Source: Eledone cirrhosa
Lineage: Eukaryota
Direction of reading: 5' to 3'
DNA: 64,000 nucleotides
NCBI GenBank assembly: GCA_964016885.1
Contig: OZ024743.1
Span: 272,118,001-272,182,000, forward strand
Both the position numbers and the translations under genes were made by a program. The notes under the pieces were generated by a model. The model saw only the letters and a list, made by a program, of their open reading frames with translations. It did not search any database and had not been told where the DNA came from. Shown one piece after another: positions 38,440 to 51,860 of this stretch. Every line of letters starts with the position of its first letter. Positions within the stretch are counted from its first letter, which is position 1.

Positions 38440-39160
38440 ACATTTGACTTTTACACTAATGTCACTAATAAATAATTACAATCTTCTCCTAGAAAAGACC
38501 TAGTTTTCACAATCATCTGTTTATCTTATTTTGTAATGAGTATGAAACCAATCTGGCTTTGTTGTTTGCCTGATTGGTGTGATCAAGTGGCTTTTCGGTT
38601 TTCTGAATTTCGTTTTGCTGATGGTTAGGTCATTTGTATAACAGAACTCTAGGAGCTTTGATCCCTTTTCCTTTCTAGATCTATATTTATAGCGATTATG
38701 TACTACAGAGAAGCCACACTAGTGTTTCCCAACATATTCATTGCTGTCACCAGCCAAGATAATGAAATCACTATTATCTGTTATTGAGGTGATCTGTATA
38801 AGATCCTCATAGAAATTAAGTTGGCTTTGATTGTGGTGTATAATTATTCTCTATTGAAAATGACTATTCTCAGTTGGATAATTCTATCACATATTCTAAC
38901 TACTGTAATTATTTTTTATTAGTCACTTCTCAACTATTGCCACCCTACTCTACCTGTCCCATTATTATTTCATACACAGAAGAACTTATATCCGTGATCT
39001 TTGGCTGTGAGGTGTCTAACTGTGTCTCCATCTCACCTCTTGTATACAACATTTCTTTTCATCTCCACTCCAACAATTCCATAATTTCACCCGGCATACC
39101 TTTCATTGTGCCGACATTAGAAGTAGCATCCCTTCAATGTATTACCTTAGATAAATGAGG
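38440..39160 (-). mobile_element. RTE LINE endonuclease remnant; related pieces at 31500-31920 and 55990-56450
   Basis: Minus strand TSNVGTMKGMPGEIMELL and ILAGD.N..VG motifs. The + strand piece at 56.1 kb reads KGLSLRVKGRLYD.C. Confidence 0.65.
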
Positions 39161-39879
39161 TATTCTGTGTTGATATGGTTGTTTTTTGGTCACAGCTTTA
39201 TTTAACTGAAAGCTTGACATCGATCGTGTGTGTGGGAGTTCTTGCACATGGTTAGATGTCTTTACTTAGCCACCCCATAACTGTGCTCATCAATATCATG
39301 GTTAATGTTAAACATGTAAATGCAATTATAGTTTATAGAATAAACTATACTATTCATATAGATTTACTGTATGACTTTCCTATCCTACCTTCCTAGATAT
39401 GCTGTCTGTTGTAATTTAAGCGTTCCCTCTACATTGTATAATGTCCTTTTTAATTCGGAATCACCGCTCTCCTGAGTGGGGTTGTGTTCACTATGGCTTA
39501 CGGAGTCCCTGTCTCCTTTATGCACCTGCATACATGGGTCTTCCATTCACTACTCATAATCTTCATCGCAAAGGTGGTGAAAACAATAACAAACAATGAC
39601 TATTTGTTTAGCCCCTCCTCCTCCCAGCCTCTTCTTAGTGATCCCCAATACTTTCCATAGAAGCAAATCTGGCAGATGTTTTTCTCCTGTCTCACATATC
39701 ATTGGTTTCTGGTTCTTCGGAAGTTTAGTAAATCTAATAGTGTTGCTCTATATCACTTTAAAGTATAAACACAGTTATTATATTCCACTCATGTCTCAAC
39801 GATATTATATTCAATGTCTTCAACAATGGATACACTAGGAAAACCTTTTCCTGGTCCAATAAAGTGTCAAATTTACCGC

Positions 39880-40095
39880 AATACATACATACATGCAGAT
39901 ACTCCACCCTGACTATACCTTCAGATTTATGCCTGTGATTATTGGGACACTGGGATATGTTAGTACCTGCCTCAATACAAATCTTGAGAAGCTAGGCTTC
40001 ACAGAAAGAACACAGCTAGTTAGGAAATTACAAGTACAATCCATTAATGGAACAGTAAAAATATGTAAAACATTACAAAAATTTTGCATCTAATA
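39880..40095 (+). mobile_element. C-terminus of a restriction-like-endonuclease (R2/R4/NeSL group) non-LTR element
   Basis: YTFRFMPVIIGTLGYV...NLEKLG...LQ matches the PV.IGALG end motif, followed by a CA-rich tail. Confidence 0.6.
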
Positions 40096-40578
40096 ACTGC
40101 ATATACACATGTACTGATAAAAAGCGTATGCACATGCACACATACAACTCAAAACATACACATCCACACATACAATAACACCCATACCTGCACACACATG
40201 CATGCATATCTACCTAGTTGATGTGTAAATTCCAAAGAGAGAGTCTTGTATCTCTGTTAGAAACCGACTCTCTCTCTATTAGCAAAAATTTGTGAAATTA
40301 TAAAACCAGAAGAACATACAAACATACATGCATACATACACACACACACACACACATATATATGTACATACATTCATACATACAGACAGACACACATGCA
40401 TATATATATTGTCTTGGTTACCCTTGAAATATATATAATAAAATAAATATGGTTTTATAAATATAAGTTTCCATTTATTTAATATCATTGAATATTTACT
40501 CCAGTAATTGTTGAGTGTTCTAAATCAGTTATAAACATTTATGTTTGTCGGACTTCCAGCAAATTAAATACCACTTCT

Positions 40579-40613
<35 letters not shown>

Positions 40614-40961
40614 TTATTTCTATACACGTGCGTGTGTGGTCTAGGTTTACTAATCAGAAGAAGAAACGTCCAATACCAACAGTAGAATATAAACATTTAT
40701 TACACCACTGAGAGGTCTCCGCGGTGCTATTTAGAGTTTTGCTTTGATATTTATTGTGTAACTAAAATGATTGAATATAAACGGAATGAATTTATATAAA
40801 TATAAAGTTGGTTAGTTTGTATAAAAATTATACACAAAAATAGAAGGAAGCGCTGAGGAGTTATGAAATCTAAACTATAATAAAGCAAGGGCTGCAGGAC
40901 TGCGTACGGTTTATTTATTTTAATCCAATTAGTGAAATAAGTTGGATTACTTTGAATAAAT

Positions 40962-41146
40962 AATTGTTTCTACTTTTAGCACAAGGCCAGCAATTACCCA
41001 GTGTATTACTGGTACTTTATTTTATCGACCCCATAAGGATGAAAGGCAAAGTTAACCTCGGCGGGATTTGAACTCAGAATGGCAAGGGCCGTAACTCTAT
41101 GCGTCAAAGCATGGCGTCCGACCCTCTACCGATACTGCCAATCCAC
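40962..41146 (-). mobile_element. Young tRNA-derived SINE with an 11 bp TSD, representative of about 20 copies (e.g. 6550, 12045, 18559, 24055, 31930, 34927, 37634, 47545, 47950, 53768, 59567, 61451, 63400, 63612)
   Basis: Box A-like tggcagtatcgg, box B gagttcaaatccc, conserved body actttgcctttcatccttacggggtcgataaaataaagtacc and an (ATT)n tail. TSD gaataaataat at 40954-40964 and 41147-41157. Confidence 0.9.
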
Positions 41147-41644
41147 GAATAAATAATGAATGAATATTACATAATTTATGTGCTGAATTTCGTAAACAAA
41201 TAATTTCGTAAAAATAAATAATCTAAAATTGACTTCTTTTTCAAAGTTGCACTTCCGGTATATCGTCGCCACCACCACTTCAACTACCATATATATATAT
41301 AGAGAAAGAGAGATTACGATTTTCTACACACTGGCGCGTATGAGTGTGCACATACATACATCTATATGTATGAGTATATAACTATAATGGCGCAAACACA
41401 AACTTATAAAAATACACATTCACGGACATAATTCACACAAATACACATACATTCACAAATACTTTCACACAAACATACATACATTTACACAAACACACAC
41501 ACACAGTTATGATAGCATTCGATTTAATTGAAAATGGGAGGGTAAAACAAGTATAACGTTTTATTTATTTATTAACTCTTTATTTATTTATTAACTTATT
41601 ATTTATTTATTAACTCTTTTTTTTATTTAACTCATTTAATATAA

Positions 41645-42133
41645 GTAGCAGAAAAACCACCCTTCGGGTGGTTTTCTGCTAGCACGTGTAGTGTGTATAT
41701 TGATATTATACGCAAGTATATATGCATGTAGATATGATACATAAAATAAAACCGTAATTGACAATATACACAGAAATTGAACGAAGACTGTGTTACACTG
41801 TCTTCTGTAATCAGTAACGTAATCCATGATACATTAAAAAAAGACGATATTATATATAAACTGCATTAGAAGAAAATTAGTGACAGAAATATATGAATAT
41901 GAATATTTATTTAAACGATCGCTAACTGGAAGTGTTGACATTTGAAAATTTTAAAGAAACGAATCTTTAAATAAGTAATAAAATATATTTAATGAACAGC
42001 CACGCAATTTAGTAGATAAATTATGTAATATTCATTCATTTTTTATTCAAAGTAATCCAACTTATTTTACTAAGGGAATAACAAATTATAAACCGTACGC
42101 AGTCCCGCGCTTCTTACTTTATTATAGTTTAGA
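41645..42133 (-). mobile_element. Non-autonomous Helitron (~490 bp) of the same family, inverted
   Basis: Minus strand starts A|TCTAAACTATAATAAA, matching 40869-41210. Its 3' ~300 bp match 46910-47155, including the terminal palindrome tagcagaaaaaccacccttcgggtggttttctgcta. Confidence 0.8.
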
Positions 42134-42384
42134 TTAAGCACTGTTGTACGTCCATTGATTAGATATATATAAATGTAATAGCATATGAAATATGTCTGAT
42201 GCAGACACACACATATATATATACACACACACATACACACCACACCACACAAAAATCGTCTTCCGAAGTTAGTGAAACTATTATTAATCCTCATAGGGTG
42301 AAGTAACTTGCAAATTCTTCATAATACATCTAACGGACGCACACACACACATAAATATCTATTCATACATAGACATATATATAG

Positions 42385-42599
42385 GCGAAGTCTGGTCCGA
42401 AGTGCGCATGCGTGAATGCTGGTCCGCACTGCGCATGTGCGAAGGCTGGTTCGTACTGTGCATGCGCGAAGGCTGGTCCGAAGTGCGCATGCGCGAAGGC
42501 TGGTCCGAAGTGCGCATGCGCGAAGGCTGGTCCGTACTGCGCATGCACAAAGGCTGGTCCGTACTGCGCATGCGCGAAGATTGGTTGTACTGCGCATGC
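42385..42599. repeat. 27 bp GC-rich minisatellite, 8 units
   Basis: Unit gcgaaggctggtccg(aag/tac)tgcgcatgc, flanked by ~100 bp direct repeats at 42246-42345 and 42637-42750. Confidence 0.95.
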
Positions 42600-43009
42600 T
42601 CGAATATAATACATATATATAGACACACATACATACCGCACACAAATCGTCTTCCGAGGTTAGTGAAGCTATTATTAATCCTCCCCGGATGAAGTAACTT
42701 GCAAATTTTTCGTAATTCTTGAAATGCAATAATACATCTAACAGACACACTCTCTCGAATACATATATTTGTGTGTGTATGAGAGAGAGATAGAGGTAGA
42801 TAGATAGGTTGGCAGGTAGATAGATAGGTTGATACGTAGATATATGTAGGTAGATAGTGTGGTTATCTGTATATCTTTCTATCGTCTATGTGGCTGTGTG
42901 TATGTATGTGAAGATGTGGAAATAAGGAAAGGATAATTTACTACAATACCAATGATTCAATCCACAGGTGTATATTCTTTTTTCCATTGCATAAGTACAT
43001 AGACTCACT

Positions 43010-43054
<45 letters not shown>

Positions 43055-43609
43055 ATCTGTGTGTGTGCATAAGTGTTTATGTGTATATATATATGTATAT
43101 TTGTGTGTGTATCTGTTTGCTTATGTGTGTGTGTGCATATGTGTGTTACTGTACGTGTGCATATGTGTTTGCGTTTATGTCCATGTGTGTGTCTCGTGAT
43201 TGTAATGTTGATAGTTTGAATCCCATCAGCGCGTTGTGTCCTTGAGCAAGACATTTTATTTCACTTTTCTCTCTGCCAGTAAGTCGAAGAACCAATGTAG
43301 TCCCACCCTGAAACCCTCCGTTATATGTGTCTATGGAATGCTCAGACACTCTCATCTTAATTTCAGGCAGTTCCATTTGAGAAACCTAGCTGGAAGAATC
43401 CTTGTCGCAAACGATAGGATACCATCATACATATGAACACATAGACACACACACACGTTTCAAAGAGAATAGAAGAGATCAATAAAATAAGTACTAGATT
43501 TTAAAATATATGTACTGGAATTGAGGTCAAGAAAATCCTTTAATCGTGGTACCCCAGCATGGACACAGTCTAACGTCTGAAACAAGTGCAGGCCGGAGAA
43601 TTGTTCTTC

Positions 43610-46600
43610 CTCCTTCAATCTATGGTTCCCCTTGCTTCTACAGTGAGTGCTTTCAGAATTCGATGACTGTGATTCGACACATGGGAAAGCCATCTTATTT
43701 CATCACGGTAACAACTAACTCTAACTGGGATGAAATAAAAAATAGTTTGCACCCTGGTGAAGAACCTAGAGACCTGATTTTTGTGCAAGAGTCTTCAAGA
43801 TCAAGTATGACAGCCTCATGGATGACATACTGAAAAAAAATCTCCTAGGAAAAGTTGTGACTCATTCTGCTACAATAGAGTGGCAGAAAACGAGGCCTCA
43901 CTCATGCTCATATTCTGCTGATAATGGCTGAAGATAACAAACCCAAAACTGCTGATGCCATTGATCAGGTAGTGTACTGTGAGATTCCTGATAAAGAGAC
44001 CAATCCAATTCTGCATAAGATCATCACACCCTGCAACATTCATGGCCCACGCGGACAAGCTAATATGATGTACTCATGTATGGAAGGGCTAGGACAACAA
44101 CGCCATTGCTCAAAAAGTTATCCCAAGGCATTCAGACAAACCACATTTGTTGCCGAAAATTCCTTTCCAGAGTATAGAAGAAGGGATAAATAGCATGGTG
44201 GTCACACCCATACAATCCAACTTAAAGGTCACGAATTTGCTGTTGATAATCGTTGGATTGTTCCATACAATCCTTTCCTCTCATTGAGATATCAGTGCCA
44301 CATCAATTGTGAGGTTGTCCACAGTGTCAAGGCTGTTAAGTACTTATATAAGTACACAACAAAAGGATCAGACAAGATCACTTTCACTATTAAGGATGAT
44401 CAAGGAAATTGAGTCCATGCCCAAAATGAGATTGAGACCTATATCATTGCACGGTACATCTCAGCCAGTGAAGCATTCTGGAGAATCTATAAATTTCCAT
44501 TACATCATCGAAAACTGCCAGTTGAAAAGTTGGCTTGCCATTTACCTGGGGAACAAATGGTCGTGTATGAGCGAGGGCAAGAAGAAAGTATTGTTTCTAG
44601 GGGACAACCAATGACTAAGTTGACGGAATATTTTCAACTGAATATTAGAGACACACTGGCACAAAACATATTGTATATTGATATTCCTAAATATTTCACT
44701 TGGACAAACAAAAAGTGGCAAAGAAGAAAAAAGGGACATCTGGATGGTGATCAACAATTTATGAGTGAATCTCTTGGACACATTCCAACAGTATCTCTCA
44801 GTAGACATCAATCTGAATTATATTACCTCAGGATGATTCTATATCACAAGGCTAGGTCAACTTCATACAAAGATTTGAGGATAATTAAAGGAGTTGAATT
44901 TCCAACATTCCAAGAAGCATGCAGGAAACTTGGTCTGTTAGATGAAGATGGAGAAAAAGACAAAGCTATAGAAGAGGCCTCATCCATTACGCTTGGTCCT
45001 CAGCTGCGAGAGATCTTCTGCACCATTTTATTGTACAGCATGCCAAATGACCCTCTGCAGTTCTGGGAGATATGGAAGAATTGTCTTGCAGAGGATATCA
45101 TGCATGAACATCATGAGCAAGTCATGTCCATGCAAACCATGCAGATTGTTCTACAGAAGATACAACAAAGACTTCAACATGATGGCTTGAACATTCATGC
45201 CAACTACGGACTTCCTCGACCAGAACCAACTATTGTTGCCATACCAAAAATCAACAGGGTTCTTATGGCAGAAACTGATTTCAATACACACCAACTGCAA
45301 GCAAACATAAATGAACTTCTGCCAACATTGAATCCTGAGCAACTGGTTATTTTTCACAAAGTAATCACCTCTGTAAATGAAAATGAAGGCGGAATTTTCT
45401 GCTTGAAATGCAAGTGCAGGTACAGGAAAGACCTATGTCATAAACATCCTATTGGATTACCTCGGATCTAAAAAAAAAATTATACTTGCCACTGCCATAT
45501 CTGGAATAGCAGCCACTTTGCTTCACAAAGGTAGAACTCTTCATTCCAAGTGCAAGATTCCTCTCAATGTGACTGCTGAATCAACTTGCTTCTTCACAAA
45601 GAGGGATGACACAGGTAATCTTATGCAGCAAGCTGACCTGCTAATCATTGATGAGATAGGTATGGGACATAAGTATATCTTTGAATGCCTTGACAGGAGC
45701 TTCAAAGATGTTCGAGATTGCAAAAAGCCATTTGGTGGTCTAACAGTATTACTATCTGGTTACTGGAAGCAAATTCTTCCAGTTATACATCGTAGTGTTG
45801 GACCACAAATAGTTGAGGCAACCATCAAGAGATCCTATCTCTAGGACTATGTGGAAACCATGGAGATGACAACCAATCAACGGTTAATTAATGCAGAGGG
45901 TTCTGATGAAAGACAGTTTGCAAACTACCTTCTTGATGTGGGAAATGGTAACATTCCAACTGTTCCAACTGTAGGAGCATTCACAATTCTTCTGCCAAAT
46001 GAACTTTATCTGGCATATGGCAATGTGTCTGGACTGTGTGATTGTGTGTATACAAATTTTCCAGGAAACTACACAAACACACTATGGCTTGCAAATAGAG
46101 CCAATATCACTCCAATAAATGATGCAGCAAGATTTGTGAATGAGTTCATAGTCAACAAGTTCCCTGGTCATGAAATAATCTACAGAAGCTCTGATACAGT
46201 AGATAATGAACTGCAATATCCAATTGAGTTCATCAACAAACTTACCCTATCAGGCTTCCCAACACACATACTTAAACTGAAGAAAGGCAGTTGCATCATG
46301 CCTCTGAGAAATCTGGATCCTCTAAATGGGCATTTCAATGGTACATGCTACATCATCATCAGTTTATATAATCATGTAATTGAAGCTAAAGTGGCATTGG
46401 GTCCCAATGCTGCAACAAGGTTGCTAATCCTAAGGATACTACATGTATCTCAAGAGCTTGAGTTCCCTTTCACCTTTACTCGCAAGCAATTTCCTGTCAA
46501 ATCAGCCTTTGCCCTTACATGCAACAAGGTACAAGAGCAGACATTTGAAAAGATAGGTGTATATCAACCAACACAATTCTTCTCACATGGTCAGATGCAT

Positions 46601-46690
46601 GTTGCATTATCACGAGTTACAAAAAAAAGAAAATATAAAAATATTAAATGCTGACAACTGTATCTACAAAGAAATTCTACAGTAAAGTGA
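43610..46690 (+). pseudogene. Helitron RepHel (HUH Rep plus PIF1 helicase), disrupted and 5' truncated
   Basis: Rep motifs YFITVTTN, IEWQK-RGLTHAHIL and KYLYKYTTKG, NRWIVPYNP; helicase motifs GTGKT, LIIDEIGM, PFGG, RKQFPV..AFALT.NK.Q and HGQMHVALSRV. Confidence 0.95.
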
Positions 46691-47302
46691 AACAGCTATC
46701 ACTCTCTTTAGTTGAAATGCATTTCAGTTTCTTTTTAACTGCTAGAAAAGGGGCACTACAAAAACTTAAGAAGTCTATATGTGAATACAGTAAAACAACA
46801 ATATAGCAAAGGTCAACTCTTCATATTGGTAAATGTAATTCATTCATTCATACCAGCAGCATCTATTTTCAAATTCACTGCTTGAAGCTTCCCATCGACA
46901 TTCTCAAGTGAAGATTCATGAACATTTTCCGTCAACAGTTTCATCGCTTTTCCATCTCCATTATCGCTTTTCTAAAAAAAATGTATCATGGATTACTTTA
47001 CTGATTACAGAAGTAAGTGTAACACAGTCTTTGTTCAGTTTATGTGCGTATTGTCAATTTACGTATTATATCTATGTGCATATATATTTGCGTATATCAA
47101 TATACACACTATATATGCTAGCAGAAAACCGCACGAAGGGCGGTTTTTCTGCTAATTCATATAAAATGTAGGAGACTCAGACGCAGAAATAACTGTAAAC
47201 ACAGTTGTTTGTTTAGAAAATCGGGTATATTGTGTACATTATTGTTTACATTCAAAAGCTGTTCGATTTAACCTTCAGATTTAGACAGGAACTGTTGTTA
47301 GA

Positions 47303-47376
47303 GGCTCTTTATCTCAATGGTTAGAGCAGTCAGTCGCTATCTGAAAGATACGCAGGCCGATTCCCCGTAGCGGCCG
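47303..47376 (+). pseudogene. tRNA-like remnant (pseudo-tRNA or SINE head)
   Basis: D-arm ctcaatggttagag, anticodon-like stem tcag-tcgctat-ctga, degenerate T-arm and acceptor stem, and a T7 run just downstream. Confidence 0.4.
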
Positions 47377-48313
47377 CTGACCATTTTTTTCCATCTACAG
47401 GGATATTTTAACCGCTTTTCTTAGTTATTAGTGGGGTAGAGCTCGTCAAATCGAACCGAGGAAACAATGTTTCCATTGCTCTTTTCAATTGCTAATACTA
47501 TCTGTCAGTCGCAAATCTAGACAAGGAGCAGCGTGAAATAAACGCCATGCTTTCCAGCATAGTTACGTTCCTTTACGATCTGAGTTCAAATCCCGCCGAG
47601 GTTGACTTTGCCTTTCATCCTTACGGGGTCGATAAAATAAAGTACCAGTAATGGACTGGGTAATTGCTGGCCTTGTGCCTAAAGTAGAAACAATTATTAC
47701 ACATACACATGTATATATATGACGGTCTATTTCTATATATCTGTCTATGTATCTAGCCATGTAAGTAATTATACACATGTATATCTGTGAAATGTACGAA
47801 TATATATATATCGTAGGATGTAAGAATATGACGTCTGTATATTAAATATTTTATTCAACAACTAATGATGTAGTTGCCTACATTATATATGCAAGGTCGA
47901 GAGCAAGTTAAATAAAGCTATTTTAACTTATCAACGTCTTTGTTGATGGTCTGAGTTCAAATCCCGCCGAGGATAACTTTGCCTTTCATCCTTACCGGGT
48001 CGATAAAATAAAGTACCAGTAATGCACTGGAATAATTGCTGGCCTTGTGCCAATAGTAGAAACAATTATTCCATTTTAATTTAGGGTGATGGAATGGCAG
48101 TATCTGTAGAGCGTCAGATAACATGCTTTGTGGCTCGTTGTTATGGCCTTTAATGTTCTGAGTTCAAATCCCATCGAGGTTAGCTTTGCCTTTCATCCTT
48201 ACAGAGGTCAATAAAATCAAGTACTCCCTCTCAATTGTTGGCCTTTTGGCAAACGCACAAACAATGATTTCATTTCAGTTTTCTATTCAAATTTTTAAAC
48301 ACATATTTTCCAG

Positions 48314-48516
48314 ATTACGAAGTCCATAAAACCCAGGTATTTGTTGATGGTGACCCGTTAACGTCAGACAAACTGACAATGACACTTCTCTCCAATATCA
48401 GCAATATCAATGTTACACTACAACGAAGCCCTTCATCTATTCTTATGGAAGATATGGACTTGATGCAGCTATTTTTCAACAGAGGAAAACTAAAGATTGA
48501 AAAGGAACAGTTACCG
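48314..48516 (+). CDS. Metalloprotease exon 3 (prodomain DYEVHKTQVF...KEQLP)
   Basis: Acceptor attttccag, phase 1 entry gives the frame of ORF 48379. Donor CCG|GTAAAT is phase 0; the donor choice is less certain. Confidence 0.75.
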
Positions 48517-49756
48517 GTAAATGGCTTTTATCTCCTCGAATATGTAAAACAACAAAATCGTGAAGAATTACAATTTAAATCTCAAATATGTAAAACCTGT
48601 CACTGTCGAGACTTTGGGTGTACTTTGTCCTCAAACTGTTGTTTTCTTCGGCAAAATTGGGAGGAGTGCCTCCTGCCTGAGGAAGGAACCTTAAGAGGCT
48701 GATGAAGGAACCCGAAGATGGCTGATGCATCGGGTGTTACCGGTTGTCCTTTGTCGCTATACCACTGCCATTTTGTCCCCGAGGCACAGCTGAGACATAT
48801 CACATAGACTGGGTGTAGAGTCTACAACACCCTTTTCCTTTACTTTCGCAATTAAAATTGTTTTTCTTTCCATTTTGGGGAGTTTTATCCGTTTTTTCTT
48901 TTTTTAAATATGCAAATGTGGATGAATTGTGATTTTTTGTTTTATTTTTAATAAATGTTGTTGTTGTTAGATCTGATTAAGCAGCAGATATTAACATCAA
49001 ACAGTATATTGCTAAATACTGTAAAGACTTTTGTTCACAGCTCTACTGATTCTGTCAATTCAACATCCTTGAAATATTATATAAGTTTTAAATTCCTTAA
49101 AATTGAAAAATGATGTCTTCGTTTTGTAGTGAATTGGCAGAGTTGTTAGAATTGTGGATAAAATACTTTGCAGTATTTGTTCTGGTTCTCTGTGCTCTTT
49201 AACTCTTTAGCATTTACATTACTCTATATATACTATTATATTTTTGTGGTAAAGGCTTTATCTTATACAATTATCTCACATAATATCGAATCTATGATAT
49301 TTTGATGTTATTTATTTTGAGAACAATACTTTAACATCAGTATGAGTGGTCAGTTATAGCCAGTTTGAACAGAAAGAGGTGAGAGAATTCTGGACGGATA
49401 TGGCCAGTTTAAATGCTAAAGGGTTAAGTTCAAATCCCACCAAGGTCGATTTTGCCTTTTATCCTTTTGTGGTTGATAAAAAACTACCAGTCTAATACTA
49501 GGGTCAATTCTTCCTCTATATTTCTTTCTCTCACCCTCTCTCTTCTTCCCTGAAAGAAATCGACTGTGTTCTAACCTGGAGAGGGGATGAGCTCCACCAG
49601 TTTTAAAAGTGCCCCAAACTTGCTTAATATCATGATGGCGCCATCATGACTCTGGGAAGTGGTATATATCTATACAAACATACAGTCTATACTATTGTTA
49701 TTTTGAGTATTGTCTCGATTAATAAACTAGATCTTTGATTGTTTCTATTGACTAAG

Positions 49757-49852
49757 GTTGACCTTCATCAACATAGCCAGCATTTCTTCCAGAATGTAGA
49801 CGAGAGTGTCATCGTCAGTGTTCGTCCCAATGGAAATAATGACATTCATGTG
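49757..49852 (+). CDS. Metalloprotease exon 4 (VDLHQHSQHFFQNVDESVIVSVRPNGNNDIHV)
   Basis: 96 nt open frame between AG and the strong donor GTG|GTAAGT, phase 0-0. Confidence 0.75.
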
Positions 49853-51269
49853 GTAAGTGAAATATTCTGAAGACAAACTTTTACATTTTACCAAATATTC
49901 CAGTTAAAAACTCATGGTTGGGGGGGGGGGGGGGGGCTGATCAGTCATTTGGTTTAACACCCCCACCTGCACCTTGGGTGCCTTTAGCAGATTCCACTTT
50001 GTCATAAGAATTCAGACCATATTAATGTAGTATTAGTATAAGTAAAATCTATTTAAACATAAAATAAAGTATGCTCTACTGTGTTGATATATAGAGATAG
50101 TTATGCATTAGTAGTAGCACTGACATAGCTACTAACTATATCAGTGCTACTACTACTACTACTGCTTATTAATTCAAGCCGGCCAGCTTTTGCACTATTT
50201 ACAAATGAGCATCATCAGCTGATTTCATAAGCAAAATAACTATAAGCTTTCAGCTTAATTTGGTCTCAGCAACAAAGGAAAAATTTCCTCCAAAGACAGA
50301 TAATAATCCAGAAATGGTGCCATCTAGTTCTTTCCCTTTGTTGCTGAGAAAGCTGCGACATGTTCACAGCTTAGTGAGGCAAAAAGGATGTATATTAGAC
50401 ATAAACATATCATATATGCTTCCATATGCAACCCTATTATATAGAGATAGTTAACTAATCAATCAACAATACTATGGTGTTAGTATAAAATCTATTTAAA
50501 CAGCCAAACTAAACTATAATCTATTGCTTCAGTAATAACTTATTATGCAAAATACAACATGTATTAGGAAATACAAAATAAATTTAATGAAGGTATAACT
50601 AAAGTTAAAGTGGCAAATTGGCAGAGATTTTGAGATATTAGATAGAAGGTTTTGTGGTAGTCATTCTAGCTCTCTGCACCCAAGGTGTTGTGGGGAAAAA
50701 ACCCTGAATACTCCCATGTAACTAAAAGTGGACTAGGCAAAAAGCCTATAGATAAGAACTGAAGTGAATTGTTAGGTAGACTGTGTACGGAGTCTTGTTG
50801 TAGTCTCTCATTGGTAGTTCGGAATTATGCCTAGTAAATACCTTGGGTGTTACCCTCATTTCATATAGATATACAAAACAGGTGTGTCACACCATAATAA
50901 CACAAAGTCAACTTTGTTTTTCATCTTTTTTGAGGTCAATAAATAAAATACCTGTCCAGTACTTGGTCAATTCTTTTTCTGTCTCCTTTTCTCACTTTCT
51001 CTTTTTGCTCTCTCCTTCATTCTCCCCTGTTACTCTTTCTTTTTCCCTCTATCTTTAACTAAAAGGAATCAACCAGAGAGTGATAGGCTCCTCCAAGTTT
51101 AAAATGTCATGACTGTATCCCTGTGACCCCATCAGGAAATAAGTACCTATGAATGGATGAAAGGATAATTACAGTACTCTCTAACAAATAAGACTGGCCA
51201 TTTCAACTAAGTTCTGATTCGTGTTTGATATAAATAACAACTTGTTATGGGTTGTCTCCATGAGAGAAA

Positions 51270-51860
51270 AGATAAGGGCATTTTTTTTCTAATGAACAGT
51301 TGACAAGCTGTGAAACATGTTAAGGATATCCATATATTCTTCCTGGTACAAAAGGAACACCAAAATGTAATTACATTTCACAGCAATGATTATTAAAACT
51401 GTAGCTACAGTGCAGGCATGGCTCTATTTTTAATAAGGTCCTTTTGCAACCATCTGGTGTATGGTTCAGTCCCATTGTGTCATATCTTGTAGTTTGCTTG
51501 AATTGTTGTGGAATATGAAAATTGGTTGTGTTTAGGAAGCTGCTACAATGCAGATGGGGTTATAAATATTCAGTCAACAAACTTTTGTGAAGAAATAGAG
51601 AGGTGAAGTTGGGTGTAGAAGAGAAAAAGAACTGGAGATAATGTTACCTTGGAAATATTTGTTGGTCCCTATATTTCAGATGTACCATCCATTGTCAAGG
51701 GGTTTGAAAGAAACTTTGGAGAATGTTGGTGAGGGCCTTTGTGTGGCTCCAAGTAACTCACATTTATGTTAGAACTGACTAAAATTCTTGCTCACCTGAT
51801 ATTCACGTGCATGGGTTTTTTGACGAAGTCTGGGCTTATATCATTCTTCATGATAGAAAA
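51270..51860 (-). mobile_element. Highly degenerate Penelope-like RT fragment
   Basis: Traces of R.IVS, LY.N and MG...P motifs in the expected order on the minus strand. Confidence 0.4.

Larger units (their letters stand above)
40869..47155 (+). mobile_element. Composite Helitron (5' TC end to 3' hairpin plus CTAA end)
   Basis: A|TCTAAACTATAATAAA at 40869, RepHel remnant inside, and GC-rich hairpin then CTAA|T at 47152-47156. Both ends match the short nested copy at 41645-42133. Pairing these two ends is an inference. Confidence 0.65.

Noticed and set aside
42385-42599. CRISPR-like appearance of the 27 bp repeat and the overlapping ORFs in six frames
   Set aside because: Units are head-to-tail with no unique spacers, there are no cas genes, and the context is eukaryotic. 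The ORFs arise because the 27 nt unit has no stop codons.
44530-46654. Host PIF1 helicase gene
   Set aside because: Intronless, fused to HUH Rep motifs, disrupted by stops and frameshifts, and followed by a Helitron 3' end.
47303-47376. Functional tRNA gene
   Set aside because: The acceptor stem is mismatched, the T-loop lacks TTC and U33 is absent, so it is kept only as a remnant.
48676-48720. Two tandem CTGA(G/T)GA-AGG-AA-CC motifs resembling hammerhead cores
   Set aside because: No GAAA, and no stem I or stem III pairing.
50170-50230. Minus-strand CTGATGA with palindromic gctggccggc
   Set aside because: G12 is missing and stem I does not pair. At best a decayed relic, not supportable alone.
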